Part shown: positions 9,694-18,534 of the stretch, in pieces
How the letters are laid out: every line of letters starts with the position of its first letter
Position numbering within the stretch: the first letter of the stretch is position 1
Origin: Polyangia bacterium
GTDB taxonomy: Bacteria > Myxococcota_A > Polyangia > JAAYKL01
Direction: 5' to 3'
DNA: 36,667 bases
Assembly: GCA_050287845.1 (NCBI GenBank)
Contig: JBNKCR010000054.1
Coordinates: forward strand, 1 to 36,667
Notes under the pieces: model-generated
Told to the model about the DNA's origin: nothing
What the model saw: the letters and a program-made list of their open reading frames with translations, nothing else
Database searches by the model: none
Program-made: the position numbers and the translations under genes

Positions 9694-10599
9694 ATGGCTC
9701 GCAGAAAAAAAGAACGCTCCTACCGCTGGTATGCATTTACCCATTGGCTGAATCTGGGATTTCTTGCACTTGGGGGAGTCGCGACGTTCATGTTTGGTCC
9801 GGCAGTCTGGTTGGTATTTGGCCCGGTGGAACTCGGTATCCTGTGGCTGGTCCCCGATCTGCCCAGTTTCAGAGCGATGATCGATCGGTCCGCTGAAAGC
9901 GATGACATTCTTCGGGAACGGGAATACTATATCCGGCAACTATGGAATGTATCCCCACGCCCCCCCAAAACCTTCGGGGAAAAGATTGCGGGACTGTTTA
10001 CGGAATCCAGTGATGACAATATGGATGACCGGGTTATTAACCGGAATTCACATACGTTCCTGGAATATCAGGAGATGCGCGGCATTGTAAGAAAACTCAA
10101 CGAACTGGAGGAGGTGAGCAATGTCACGGCGATTACAGAGAGAGAAATCAAGCGATTTGAGCAGGTGATCAATGGGTATCTGCGATACACCATTGCGGCA
10201 AAATCTTTACAGACAGCACTGAATGATCTGAATGAATCCTCGATTGAACGGGACATCGCCGATATTGATAAAAAACTGTCAACCACAGATCGCCAGCTGC
10301 ACCCTGTGCTGCAGGAGCAACGCCAGTTAAAATTGGCCCGTCTGAAGCACATCCCCAGGCTTCGCGCCAAACTTGCGCTGTTTAAAGCCCGAGCCGACGC
10401 CATTGTGCATCAGATGAGAAATATACACGGACAGGTACTGGCCGATCCCGGAATGAATATGAATTCATTTTTGGACGAACTGGTTGAAAGACAGGAAATT
10501 CTGGCAGATCCACTGGGGATGATGGACATGGATGGTCTGGATGGTCTGGATTCCATTGCTGTCCCGCGGAGAGCATCCCGGAATGCACAAAAAAATTAA
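9694..10599 (+). CDS. Hypothetical membrane protein: 2 N-terminal TM helices plus long helical/coiled-coil domain
   Basis: AGGAG RBS; basic N-terminus, hydrophobic hairpin, heptad-rich C-terminal region; 21 bp after the ABC ATPase. Confidence 0.82.
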   Translation: MARRKKERSYRWYAFTHWLNLGFLALGGVATFMFGPAVWLVFGPVELGILWLVPDLPSFRAMIDRSAESDDILREREYYIRQLWNVSPRPPKTFGEKIAGLFTESSDDNMDDRVINRNSHTFLEYQEMRGIVRKLNELEEVSNVTAITEREIKRFEQVINGYLRYTIAAKSLQTALNDLNESSIERDIADIDKKLSTTDRQLHPVLQEQRQLKLARLKHIPRLRAKLALFKARADAIVHQMRNIHGQVLADPGMNMNSFLDELVERQEILADPLGMMDMDGLDGLDSIAVPRRASRNAQKN

Positions 10600-10611
10600 C
10601 AGTACTTCACA

Positions 10612-11676
10612 ATGCGGCATGTCTGCAAAGAAAGGTCGATTCCGCCAATGACCGCACACAAAGATGAAATCCTGAAACGCTCCCTGATGGCAGAAAAATT
10701 TTTTGAATTCAGCCAGCAGCAGGACAAGACCAAACCAGCGCAGTGGTGGTTCCAGCAGTCGGAAGAGGGACTGGTGTTGTTTTGCGTATTTTACACGATG
10801 GCCTGCCGCTGGAACCTGTGCATTGGGTGTAACCTGCCATCCAAATGTTCCGTCGAGCCGGTCAGCTACATCGACATCATGGCTCAAATTGATCATCTGT
10901 TTCATTTGCCGGAGGTAGTCAGGGAACATCAGAATATTCGTAAAATCATCGTCAGTAACAACGGTTCAGTTCTGGACCAGGAGACATTTCCGTCCACAGC
11001 GCTGATGCATCTGCTGACCCAGATTAATGTGATTTTTCCAAATATGACAGCGCTCAGCATTGAAACCCGGGTTGAGTATGTGGAATGGGAGGAACTGGAA
11101 TTCATCGCCCGTGCACTGACCGAGCGGGAAATCAGCGCTTCCCTGGAGGTAGCCATCGGTTTTGAAGTGTTTGACGACCACATCCGAAACACGGTGTTTA
11201 AAAAAGGATTGGATTTGGTGGGATTTGAAAAGCTGGTAGCGATGGTCGGCAAGTACGGATATGCCCTGAAATGCTACTTCATGTTGAGCCCGGTTTCCGA
11301 ACTGGCTGGAGAGGCCGGCGTAGCGGATGTACAGAAGGGCATCAAATGGCTGGACACCGTATCAAAGAAATACAGCACCCCCATCAATATGCACCTCAAT
11401 CCCACGTATGTGGCGTATGGAACAGATTTGGAGAAACAGTTTCTGGCCGGAACCTACGCGCCACCGACAGTGCTGGACGCTGCCCGGGCGGCGTTTCACG
11501 CAAAGGATACAAACGTATCTGTATTCCTTGGCCTTTATGACGAAGGTCTTGCAGTAGAAGGTGGTTCCTTTATAAGAGAGGGCGATGAAACGCTCATTGC
11601 TGAGCTTGAAAATTTCAATCAGACTCAGGACTTCAATATTCTGGAAAAAGTAATTGCCAACCACCAAAGGGATTGA
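10612..11676 (+). CDS. Radical SAM protein resembling archaeal RaSEA (TIGR01210-like)
   Basis: CRWNLCIGC (Cx4Cx2C), NNGSVLD, IETRVEYV, EVAIGFE..DDHIR..KKG, KCYFMLSP, LNPTYV..GT and YAPP parallel RaSEA motifs as recalled; alternative start at 10648. Confidence 0.72.
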   Translation: MRHVCKERSIPPMTAHKDEILKRSLMAEKFFEFSQQQDKTKPAQWWFQQSEEGLVLFCVFYTMACRWNLCIGCNLPSKCSVEPVSYIDIMAQIDHLFHLPEVVREHQNIRKIIVSNNGSVLDQETFPSTALMHLLTQINVIFPNMTALSIETRVEYVEWEELEFIARALTEREISASLEVAIGFEVFDDHIRNTVFKKGLDLVGFEKLVAMVGKYGYALKCYFMLSPVSELAGEAGVADVQKGIKWLDTVSKKYSTPINMHLNPTYVAYGTDLEKQFLAGTYAPPTVLDAARAAFHAKDTNVSVFLGLYDEGLAVEGGSFIREGDETLIAELENFNQTQDFNILEKVIANHQRD

Positions 11677-11982
11677 TGTGCCAGCGTGGAAACCAGTTTT
11701 TTTCACCGGATATCGCAACATGGGAACCCCATTCTGAGGAGCAGTATTTCCGGCAATACGCATCATTTTCCATATCTCCTTTTTTTTACTCCTTCCGGGC
11801 ATTAACTATTGGCGCGTTCTGACGGACAAAACGGTCATTGCCGATGTCTGCCGGGCGAAGGAGCAAAAAGGGCGGTGCCAGCGTCGCCTGAAGATACACT
11901 GAAATTCAGATGGGATGCTGCGGTTCGAGTATTGATTTCATCAGCCGTTGCGCGCTTCGGCCAAATCGTGGTCAAACCGGGT

Positions 11983-12192
11983 TCAGAGTAGCACACCGGC
12001 CAGTGGGCTCGATTTTCGAAGCTGTGGCACGTGCTGGTGAAGGTCCTGTCTGTAATTGCTGCATCCGATACACGAAAAGGATTGCCATCGCATGGCCGCC
12101 GCTTTGCTCAGACAGTGATCGTAGTTTCCGCAATCATCTTTTCGGTGCAGCAGTGCCTCGTTTTCAGTCAATGTTATATCCAGCTTCTTCAT
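11983..12192 (-). CDS. Small 4-Cys protein, probably metal-binding
   Basis: AAAGGAG RBS; pattern R-x3-C-x2-Y-x2-C-L-x7-W-x2-F-S-C-x2-C. Confidence 0.7.
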   Translation of the reverse strand: MKKLDITLTENEALLHRKDDCGNYDHCLSKAAAMRWQSFSCIGCSNYRQDLHQHVPQLRKSSPLAGVLL

Positions 12193-12296
12193 ACAGTCTC
12201 CTTTCAGATGTCAGCGATACCTGCTGCGATGCGACAGGGATAAATGGGAGGCCCAAAAAAGTGAATCGGAGGGCGCCAAAACAGCACTCGCTGTGC

Positions 12297-12311
12297 GCGA
12301 CTTATATGCCA
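12297..12311 (-). promoter_or_regulatory. Possible sigma54 promoter of the small Cys protein gene
   Basis: Minus strand TGGCAT-ATAAG-TCGC keeps GG-N10-GC spacing; long AT-rich upstream region. Confidence 0.4.
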
Positions 12312-12685
12312 CAATGCGTGTTCACTGACCCAACACCGTAAGCTCAGCAGTTATTCCATGGAAATCACAATCTCAATAAATACGGTTTAATTTTTTAAAA
12401 TAGAGGGTTTCATATTTAATGGCTATGAAGCCCAGAGCAATACCATATCGGTTCAAAATGGACATAAACTCCACGCCACAACCTGGTATTCTGCCTCAAA
12501 AATTTGATATTTATCCAGTTTTTTAAATTCCGATTCATTTGTGCATTCAGTATTCGAAAACGAATTATTTCAGATCGATGACACACCAGTGCGCAAGTAG
12601 TTTTAGAGAAGCGCTTCCCGTACTTTTGGAAAAATATGGAGTGGCTTATGATAAAAAATGCATCTGGGATTAATCCATATGGAAC

Positions 12686-12767
12686 ACCCCTTCAGGGCTA
12701 AAACATTATTCAATTACCATTACGCCGGGCGCTGCCCGGGGTTGTTATGCTTTGGCCCCTTTGGGGC
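12686..12767. repeat. REP-like cluster of three short palindromes
   Basis: CCC-TTCA-GGG, CCGGGC-GCT-GCCCGG and GCCCC-TTT-GGGGC in an intergenic region. Confidence 0.5.
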
Positions 12768-12977
12768 GGCGTGTACAAAATAACCTTTTGAGACAAAGCC
12801 TGGAACCCCCGACACGACCCCTGAAATCCGTTCCCCGGTTACTTTTTTCAGCAACAGGTAGTGACCTCTATTGCACTTCCTGCCCCCTGTTGCCTGAATG
12901 CTTTCCATACCTCTGCTGAGCAGTTTTCAATCGTTCACAAAGCCCTGCTTGCGCAGTTGTCGAAACAGGTTGGCATA

Positions 12978-13286
12978 TTAATGGGTGGTTCCTTCGGTTG
13001 CGTAAAGAACATGGACACGGGGTTTGTTGAGAAAAGGGGTGAGCGTGTGAATATTCTGCGTACTCCGCGTGCCACAGGCAAAACCAGCCCGCAGCTCTCC
13101 CGGCACCACAAACGGCAGCAATAGTTCGTGGGCGGTCCGCACCACTCGCACAGGCGCTTCGTCGCCGAGACAGAATCCCACATAGCTGCTGGTGTAAAGA
13201 AACAGATGCCCCTGAAGAAACGCTGCGGTGCTGGAGTGCCGCATTCCCGGGGATGTATACCCGGTAAAAAGGGCGGTGATGTTCAC
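12978..13286 (-). CDS. Hypothetical protein (uncertain)
   Basis: GTG start overlaps the upstream TGA stop (GTGA), suggesting coupling; no recognisable domain. Confidence 0.3.
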   Translation of the reverse strand: MNITALFTGYTSPGMRHSSTAAFLQGHLFLYTSSYVGFCLGDEAPVRVVRTAHELLLPFVVPGELRAGFACGTRSTQNIHTLTPFLNKPRVHVLYATEGTTH

Positions 13287-14305
13287 TGCTCCGGTGTCAC
13301 CTGCACATCAAAGGTTTCAAAGCTCACGCCACCGCGGGTGTCGTGGGCCACGGCCCAGAAGGTGTATCGCCCGGGTTCATCCACTTCCCATTCCGCCTCA
13401 TATGGCCCAACCGGTTTGTCTGCGATGGTCCGGTCTTTATTGAGTTCACCACCGGTGATGAACCAGGTCACGTACAGGGTTTCAACTGCCGGTTCAAATC
13501 CATCCGCTGATTTGGTGTGATACGATTGTCTGCTCGTTGCGGAAAGAAATACGTTGATGTCCGTCTTCACATGGCAATCATTGGTGGCTTTACAGGTCAG
13601 GAAAATGGGGACTTCATCGGGTGTGCCACTGGCATCAGCCAGGGAAACCTGCTGACCATCCAACGTAATTTGCTGAATAACGGGATTCTCATTGGGCGTC
13701 AGATTCTCCGCAGGACTTATCCGCAGCGCCTTATATGCCGCAACGCCGTCTCCGCCAACGCACAGGTCTTTGGGATTTTCCACTGTCGTCACTGCCGCCG
13801 CCAACTCCGCCTGCCCAGGCAGCTGCCCCCCGGCACAGGCGACAACCACCGCTGTTACGTACACCAGCTGTGCATCCAAAGGAACGCCTCCCCGCTGATT
13901 GAGCAACGCGTCCGGATACAAATCCATCAGATTCTGCGGCGTGCTTTCAGCCACAAACATCTGTCCGTCATCGGCAGCGGAACCCACCCGAGGCGGCGCC
14001 GCCGGAACACAGGCCTGCATCCCGATTTGAGGTGAAAGGGGCGTTGTGGCGGATATGCCATTGACGCACATGAACCAGGCAAAGTCAACCTCTCGGCCTT
14101 CACCAGCTGGATCGGCATACAGCACCTCCATATCAAATCCTTCTCCCGGAGAAATTTCCGCCGGTTCCGTGGTCACCGCGAGTATCTTGAACTTGGTGAC
14201 CATATGATTGGCTTCGAAATCAAAGCAGCCCGCTGCCAGAAGCGCTGTCAGTATGCCGCAAAGAATATGAACAATAGCTTTCTGTTTTATATGTAATCTT
14301 TTCAT
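13283..14305 (-). CDS. Lipoprotein partner of the TonB-dependent receptor
   Basis: Lipobox LAAGC; KILAVTTEPAE, NENPVI and AHDTRGG segments typical of myxobacterial receptor-adjacent lipoproteins; 1 bp after the receptor stop. Confidence 0.85.
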   Translation of the reverse strand: MKRLHIKQKAIVHILCGILTALLAAGCFDFEANHMVTKFKILAVTTEPAEISPGEGFDMEVLYADPAGEGREVDFAWFMCVNGISATTPLSPQIGMQACVPAAPPRVGSAADDGQMFVAESTPQNLMDLYPDALLNQRGGVPLDAQLVYVTAVVVACAGGQLPGQAELAAAVTTVENPKDLCVGGDGVAAYKALRISPAENLTPNENPVIQQITLDGQQVSLADASGTPDEVPIFLTCKATNDCHVKTDINVFLSATSRQSYHTKSADGFEPAVETLYVTWFITGGELNKDRTIADKPVGPYEAEWEVDEPGRYTFWAVAHDTRGGVSFETFDVQVTPEQ

Positions 14306-14306
14306 C

Positions 14307-17030
14307 TCAATACTCCAGTTTCACGCCAAAACCTGGAATGATGGGCAGCCCGGTCACCCAGTCCGATTCAGAATAGTCGCTGCTGTATGCAACAAATTCC
14401 GGATTCTGGTGGTTGTACACATTTTTTATGTCCAGATAGGTAGTGAGCGCCAGATGGGTCCACTGCCATTTTTTGTCGAAGCGGATATCCAACTGATGAA
14501 ATGTGGGCATCCGCCGTGAATTCGACTTACCATACACCGGTACGTAGTTGTCGCTGTCGGCATCGTAAATGCTGCTGTTCACCGGCGTATATGGATTTCC
14601 GGAAACCAGTCGGAACCGCATGCCGATACTGTATCCTTTGCCAAAACTGAATGTTCCCACCGCGGTGAGCACGTGCCGCTGATCGTAGTCAAACACGCGC
14701 CAATCCTGTCCCGGACCATCCTTGCGTATGGATTTCATCAGGGTATACGACACCCAGCCAAAGAAATGGTCTGTGGGATTATGCTTGAGCAATGCTTCCA
14801 TTCCCCACACGTGGCCCTCGCCCTCATTGTCAAAACGCAACACATCCATCTGCCCGTCGCGCATGGTTGGTTTATCTGAAGTGGTAATCAGGTTGTCCAT
14901 TTTTTTGTAGAAACCCTCCACGCTGATTTCCACATTATCAGATAACCGCTGTTCCACACCGATGCCGGTGTGCACTGCGCGAATTAAATCCAGATTGGGA
15001 TTGCCATAGTCCTCGTCGGCTTCCGCGTAGTCGGGGCTCTGATGAAACAGGCCCACGCCGCCTTTGAGCGTTGTGTTTTTAAACAACTCGTATCGTGCTG
15101 AGAACCGCGGATCGACACTCCACTTGTCGACCATGCCAAAATAGTCCGAACGCAACCCGAAAATCAGTGTGGTTCTCGGAATCACCGTTGTCTGGTACTC
15201 TGCAAAGAGGCCTGGACTGACGCTGAAGCGATTGCCGGTGATAAACACAGTGTTGTCATGAGCGGAGGCATCGTAGTCCGTGGCGCCCTCCACCATGTAG
15301 TCTCCCGGCACCGCCATATCAATGGTGGCATACGAAAAGTCAACGTCTATCCCCGTTCGCAACGTGTGTTTATCGTGAAGCTTCAGTGTCAGCTCATCCC
15401 GCAGCAGCGTGGGCACCATATTCCAGTTTTCTTCGTACTTGCCATATCCATTGTTGCCGCCCCAGTAGCCGCTGCCAAAGTTCAGGCGGTTGGACACGGT
15501 GTCATTGAACTGGTATGTCCAATCCATCTGACCCTGGTATGCCATCAGATGCACATTGTCGCCATTGCCTCCAAAATTGGGATTGTACTCGCTGTTATAC
15601 AGAAAGATGAGCTTGTCATCGGTGCCAAAGAAGAAAAGTCGCAGGTTGTTTTTCTCGTTTGGATGATAGTCGGCGATGAGTTGAAAATCGTAATATCTTG
15701 GCGCGGCTTTCATTTTGAAATCATCGCCGAAGTCAATATTGGACAGAATGGCGTCGATATAGCTGCGACGTCCCGAAACGGCGATGGACCAGTCCTTACT
15801 GATGGGGGTTTCCAGAAGAATGCTGGTGTCCCACACGTCGACGTCAATGTATCCATGAAATCGATCACTTCTGGGCGCCCGGGTTTTCACGTCGATGATA
15901 CCACCGGTAGCCCGGCCAAAGCGCACCGAGAAATTTCCGGGATAAAAATCGATGTTTTCAAGCAGGTCTGAATTGATAACCGATGTCAGACCGCCAAAGT
16001 GATACAGCCATGGCGCCTGCACATTGTCGTAATAAAACCCGCTGTCCTTGTGGTTACTGCCCCGAACGATAATGTCGCCGCCACCCATCGGCGATCGGGC
16101 GGTACCGGGCATATTCTGAATGGCCCGAAGGGCATCGCCGTCGGTACCCGGGATTTTTGTAATTTCCATGGCCGTGATTTCCCTGCGGGTCACAGACCGG
16201 GGCGCCTTGCGGGCACGGACCACAATTTCATATTCGGTGGTTTCTTTCACCAGACGATATGTGATTTCTTTGGCTTCGCCGGAAATCAGCTCCTCGCCAC
16301 CGTAATAAATCTGATACCCGGGGAACTGAATGGTGATTTCATACATCCCCGGAGGCAAATCGCTGAAGGCAAACGTACCGTCCGGCCCGGTGGTGCCTTC
16401 AAACTCAACGGCCTTTCCGGCTTCCTCGTTTTCGGAAGCCAGCTGACCGCTCAGATAAATAATTGCATTACCCATGGGCTGGTCATCCATGTCTGTTACC
16501 GCACCGGTCAACGTGGCGGGAATCACTGGTGCCTGACTGGCGTTCGCATCCACCGCAGTCGTCCCCTCTTTCGCACCGGCATTGGTCTGACCATCCGCAG
16601 CATCCGATTGTATCGCTGGCCTGGCTACACTCTTTAAAAAGAAATCGTATCGATATTTCAGCAGACACGGAATGGGCTCTCCATTCATTGTCGCCGGTTT
16701 GAATCGGAACTGCATCATCGCTGAAGTGGCCGCTTCATCAAATCCATACCCAACCGGTTCATCTATCGTTACATTAATGACATTGCCCTGTGCATCAATG
16801 TCGAGAGTCGCCAGCACACTGGCTTCCAGATTCTTCGCAAGCGCTTCCGATGGATACTCGGCCTCCACTCTTTCAATCAGACTGGGCGGCGCCATCTCGC
16901 CATCGGACTGGGGGACCGCAGCCTCTTTCTTTACGGCGGATTCATCCCCATCGCCGGTGTCTGCGAAAACGGCATGGGTGTGCAGCGTAAGCACCAGCAC
17001 AAAAATTGGTTTCAGGTAAACACGACGCAT
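14307..17030 (-). CDS. TonB-dependent receptor with N-terminal TonB C-terminal-like and carboxypeptidase-regulatory-like domains (MxcH-like architecture)
   Basis: AGGAGG RBS; signal peptide; YPSEA..GYGFDEAA..FRFKPA TonB_C; plug IPGT..NMPG..IIVRG, YHFGG, FGRATGG; barrel ending GVKLEY. Confidence 0.92.
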   Translation of the reverse strand: MRRVYLKPIFVLVLTLHTHAVFADTGDGDESAVKKEAAVPQSDGEMAPPSLIERVEAEYPSEALAKNLEASVLATLDIDAQGNVINVTIDEPVGYGFDEAATSAMMQFRFKPATMNGEPIPCLLKYRYDFFLKSVARPAIQSDAADGQTNAGAKEGTTAVDANASQAPVIPATLTGAVTDMDDQPMGNAIIYLSGQLASENEEAGKAVEFEGTTGPDGTFAFSDLPPGMYEITIQFPGYQIYYGGEELISGEAKEITYRLVKETTEYEIVVRARKAPRSVTRREITAMEITKIPGTDGDALRAIQNMPGTARSPMGGGDIIVRGSNHKDSGFYYDNVQAPWLYHFGGLTSVINSDLLENIDFYPGNFSVRFGRATGGIIDVKTRAPRSDRFHGYIDVDVWDTSILLETPISKDWSIAVSGRRSYIDAILSNIDFGDDFKMKAAPRYYDFQLIADYHPNEKNNLRLFFFGTDDKLIFLYNSEYNPNFGGNGDNVHLMAYQGQMDWTYQFNDTVSNRLNFGSGYWGGNNGYGKYEENWNMVPTLLRDELTLKLHDKHTLRTGIDVDFSYATIDMAVPGDYMVEGATDYDASAHDNTVFITGNRFSVSPGLFAEYQTTVIPRTTLIFGLRSDYFGMVDKWSVDPRFSARYELFKNTTLKGGVGLFHQSPDYAEADEDYGNPNLDLIRAVHTGIGVEQRLSDNVEISVEGFYKKMDNLITTSDKPTMRDGQMDVLRFDNEGEGHVWGMEALLKHNPTDHFFGWVSYTLMKSIRKDGPGQDWRVFDYDQRHVLTAVGTFSFGKGYSIGMRFRLVSGNPYTPVNSSIYDADSDNYVPVYGKSNSRRMPTFHQLDIRFDKKWQWTHLALTTYLDIKNVYNHQNPEFVAYSSDYSESDWVTGLPIIPGFGVKLEY

Positions 17031-17296
17031 AAATGATTGCCTCCTGGATTGTTGTATTCTGAGGGGTTCAAGACATTTGATGGGTAAAACACAGCAGCTC
17101 CCAATCGGTGTTACTTTTTTTTGGGGGGAGCGACTCCAGCCCGGATGGGAGGGTCTTCAGAAACCGGTTAACATAACACCCGGATCGATGTCATATTCAT
17201 TCCACTATTACCAATAAAAAGTTAAATAGAAAATATCACATCATTTAACCATTTGATTAAAATATCTAATTTTAACCGGGCATATGTCAACCCCAC

Positions 17297-17312
17297 TGGC
17301 ACTTGAATTGCA
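17297..17312 (+). promoter_or_regulatory. Sigma54 -24/-12 promoter
   Basis: TGGCAC-TTGAA-TTGCA matches consensus TGGCAC-N5-TTGC, 60 nt before the ATG at 17373, with AT-rich upstream DNA. Confidence 0.7.
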
Positions 17313-17372
17313 ATAGCTTCAACAATGGATTTCCCCGGTTAAATTCGGGGCATCATTCAAAGGGGTTTGACC

Positions 17373-18104
17373 ATGACACATTCAATACAGGCGATTGTCG
17401 AAAAGCATGTTTTCAGATGGAGTATGGAACGACAGACAGCAAAAACTGTTTACGAAAAACGGCATCTCCCCAAACCGGTCATCACCATATCCAGACAGGT
17501 TGGCAGTGGCGCTTCCGATATTGCCAGAGCCCTTGCAGAGGAATTGAAGTGTGAGCTGCTGGGCATCCGAATCATGGATGAAGTTGCCAGGCAGTCCAAC
17601 ATCCGGAAGGAACTGCTGGATACCATCGACGAGCGCATTCAATCGCAAATCAGCGACTGGATTGACAAAATGTTTCACAACCGAAAGTTCGTGGATTCCG
17701 ATATTTACCATCGCCATTTATTGAAAATCATCAATTATTTCATGGAAATGGGCAATGTGGTGCTTCTCGGACACGGCGCCAGCTTCCTGCCCAGAATTCA
17801 ACCCCGTCTGGATGTTTGCATTGTGGCGCCCATGCGTCATCGGAAACATCGCATTATGGCCATCCGGAATTGCAGCAGTGATGAAGCAATTGCCATCATC
17901 AATGAAAGTGATGACCGCCGTACCCGATTTATTTCGCAGGTATTCGGGGAGGACTGGTGGGACACCAGAAATTATGATCTGGTGATTAACACGGAAAACA
18001 TCGATGTTGCTGAAGCTGTTTCTCTCATCAGGCTGGCCTGGCGCGACTATACCAACGAACATCTTGTCGCCGGTACCTACGAAGCCACACGCGCCTGCTC
18101 ATAA
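17373..18104 (+). CDS. Cytidylate kinase-like family protein
   Basis: VITISRQVGSGA P-loop-like, GNVVLLGHGA, ESDDRR, YDLVINT; ATG at 17373 behind AGGGG. Confidence 0.88.
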   Translation: MTHSIQAIVEKHVFRWSMERQTAKTVYEKRHLPKPVITISRQVGSGASDIARALAEELKCELLGIRIMDEVARQSNIRKELLDTIDERIQSQISDWIDKMFHNRKFVDSDIYHRHLLKIINYFMEMGNVVLLGHGASFLPRIQPRLDVCIVAPMRHRKHRIMAIRNCSSDEAIAIINESDDRRTRFISQVFGEDWWDTRNYDLVINTENIDVAEAVSLIRLAWRDYTNEHLVAGTYEATRACS

Positions 18105-18222
18105 CGGACCGGGATAACCGTTTCAGATCCGATTCAGTTGTACTCGTTTCCGTCTGAGGTAATACTTTTCAGTTCGGTATGCTGCGCGCCATGCTGGCGT
18201 TGTTCGGCAAAGATTGAAGGGA

Positions 18223-18534
18223 CTATCGGTCCTGAGAGGAAAGAATGCGCTGGCGAATCACGTCCGTTCGGGCGGTATCGTCAGTAAGACGATTCAATTT
18301 CCGGGTCAACGCAGCCATGCGTTGGACTTCTTCCTCCATGCGCTCCACAAGTCGGACCATATCCGGCGTCTGAGCGGCGGCCGCTGCCCGGCGCCTGAAC
18401 AGGGAGAACATGCCAAGCAGCGACGTCAGGGGCTGATTCAAGTCATTGATAGATGCTGCTGTCTCCTCAATCAATACTGCGGATTCGTCACAACAGTCGT
18501 CCGGAAAATATCGGTTTTTGTAGACGCCGTTCAT
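18223..18534 (-). CDS. Stand-alone HisKA/DHp-like protein lacking the phospho-acceptor His
   Basis: GAAGGAG RBS before ATG 18534; SINDLNQPLTSLLG H-box-like helix and EEVQRMAALTRKL second helix; no HATPase domain. Confidence 0.68.
   Translation of the reverse strand: MNGVYKNRYFPDDCCDESAVLIEETAASINDLNQPLTSLLGMFSLFRRRAAAAAQTPDMVRLVERMEEEVQRMAALTRKLNRLTDDTARTDVIRQRILSSQDR

Noticed and set aside
11362..11802. Minus-strand ORFs overlapping the radical SAM 3' end
   Set aside because: Overlap a well-supported gene, poor RBS spacing, no motif.
12785..12800. TTTTGAGACAAAGCC resembling an IS terminal repeat
   Set aside because: No partner repeat or transposase found.
17031..17200. Cobalamin riboswitch before the TonB-dependent receptor
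   Set aside because: Only a GAAGACC word; core GGGAA and GCCACTG elements not found in the right arrangement.
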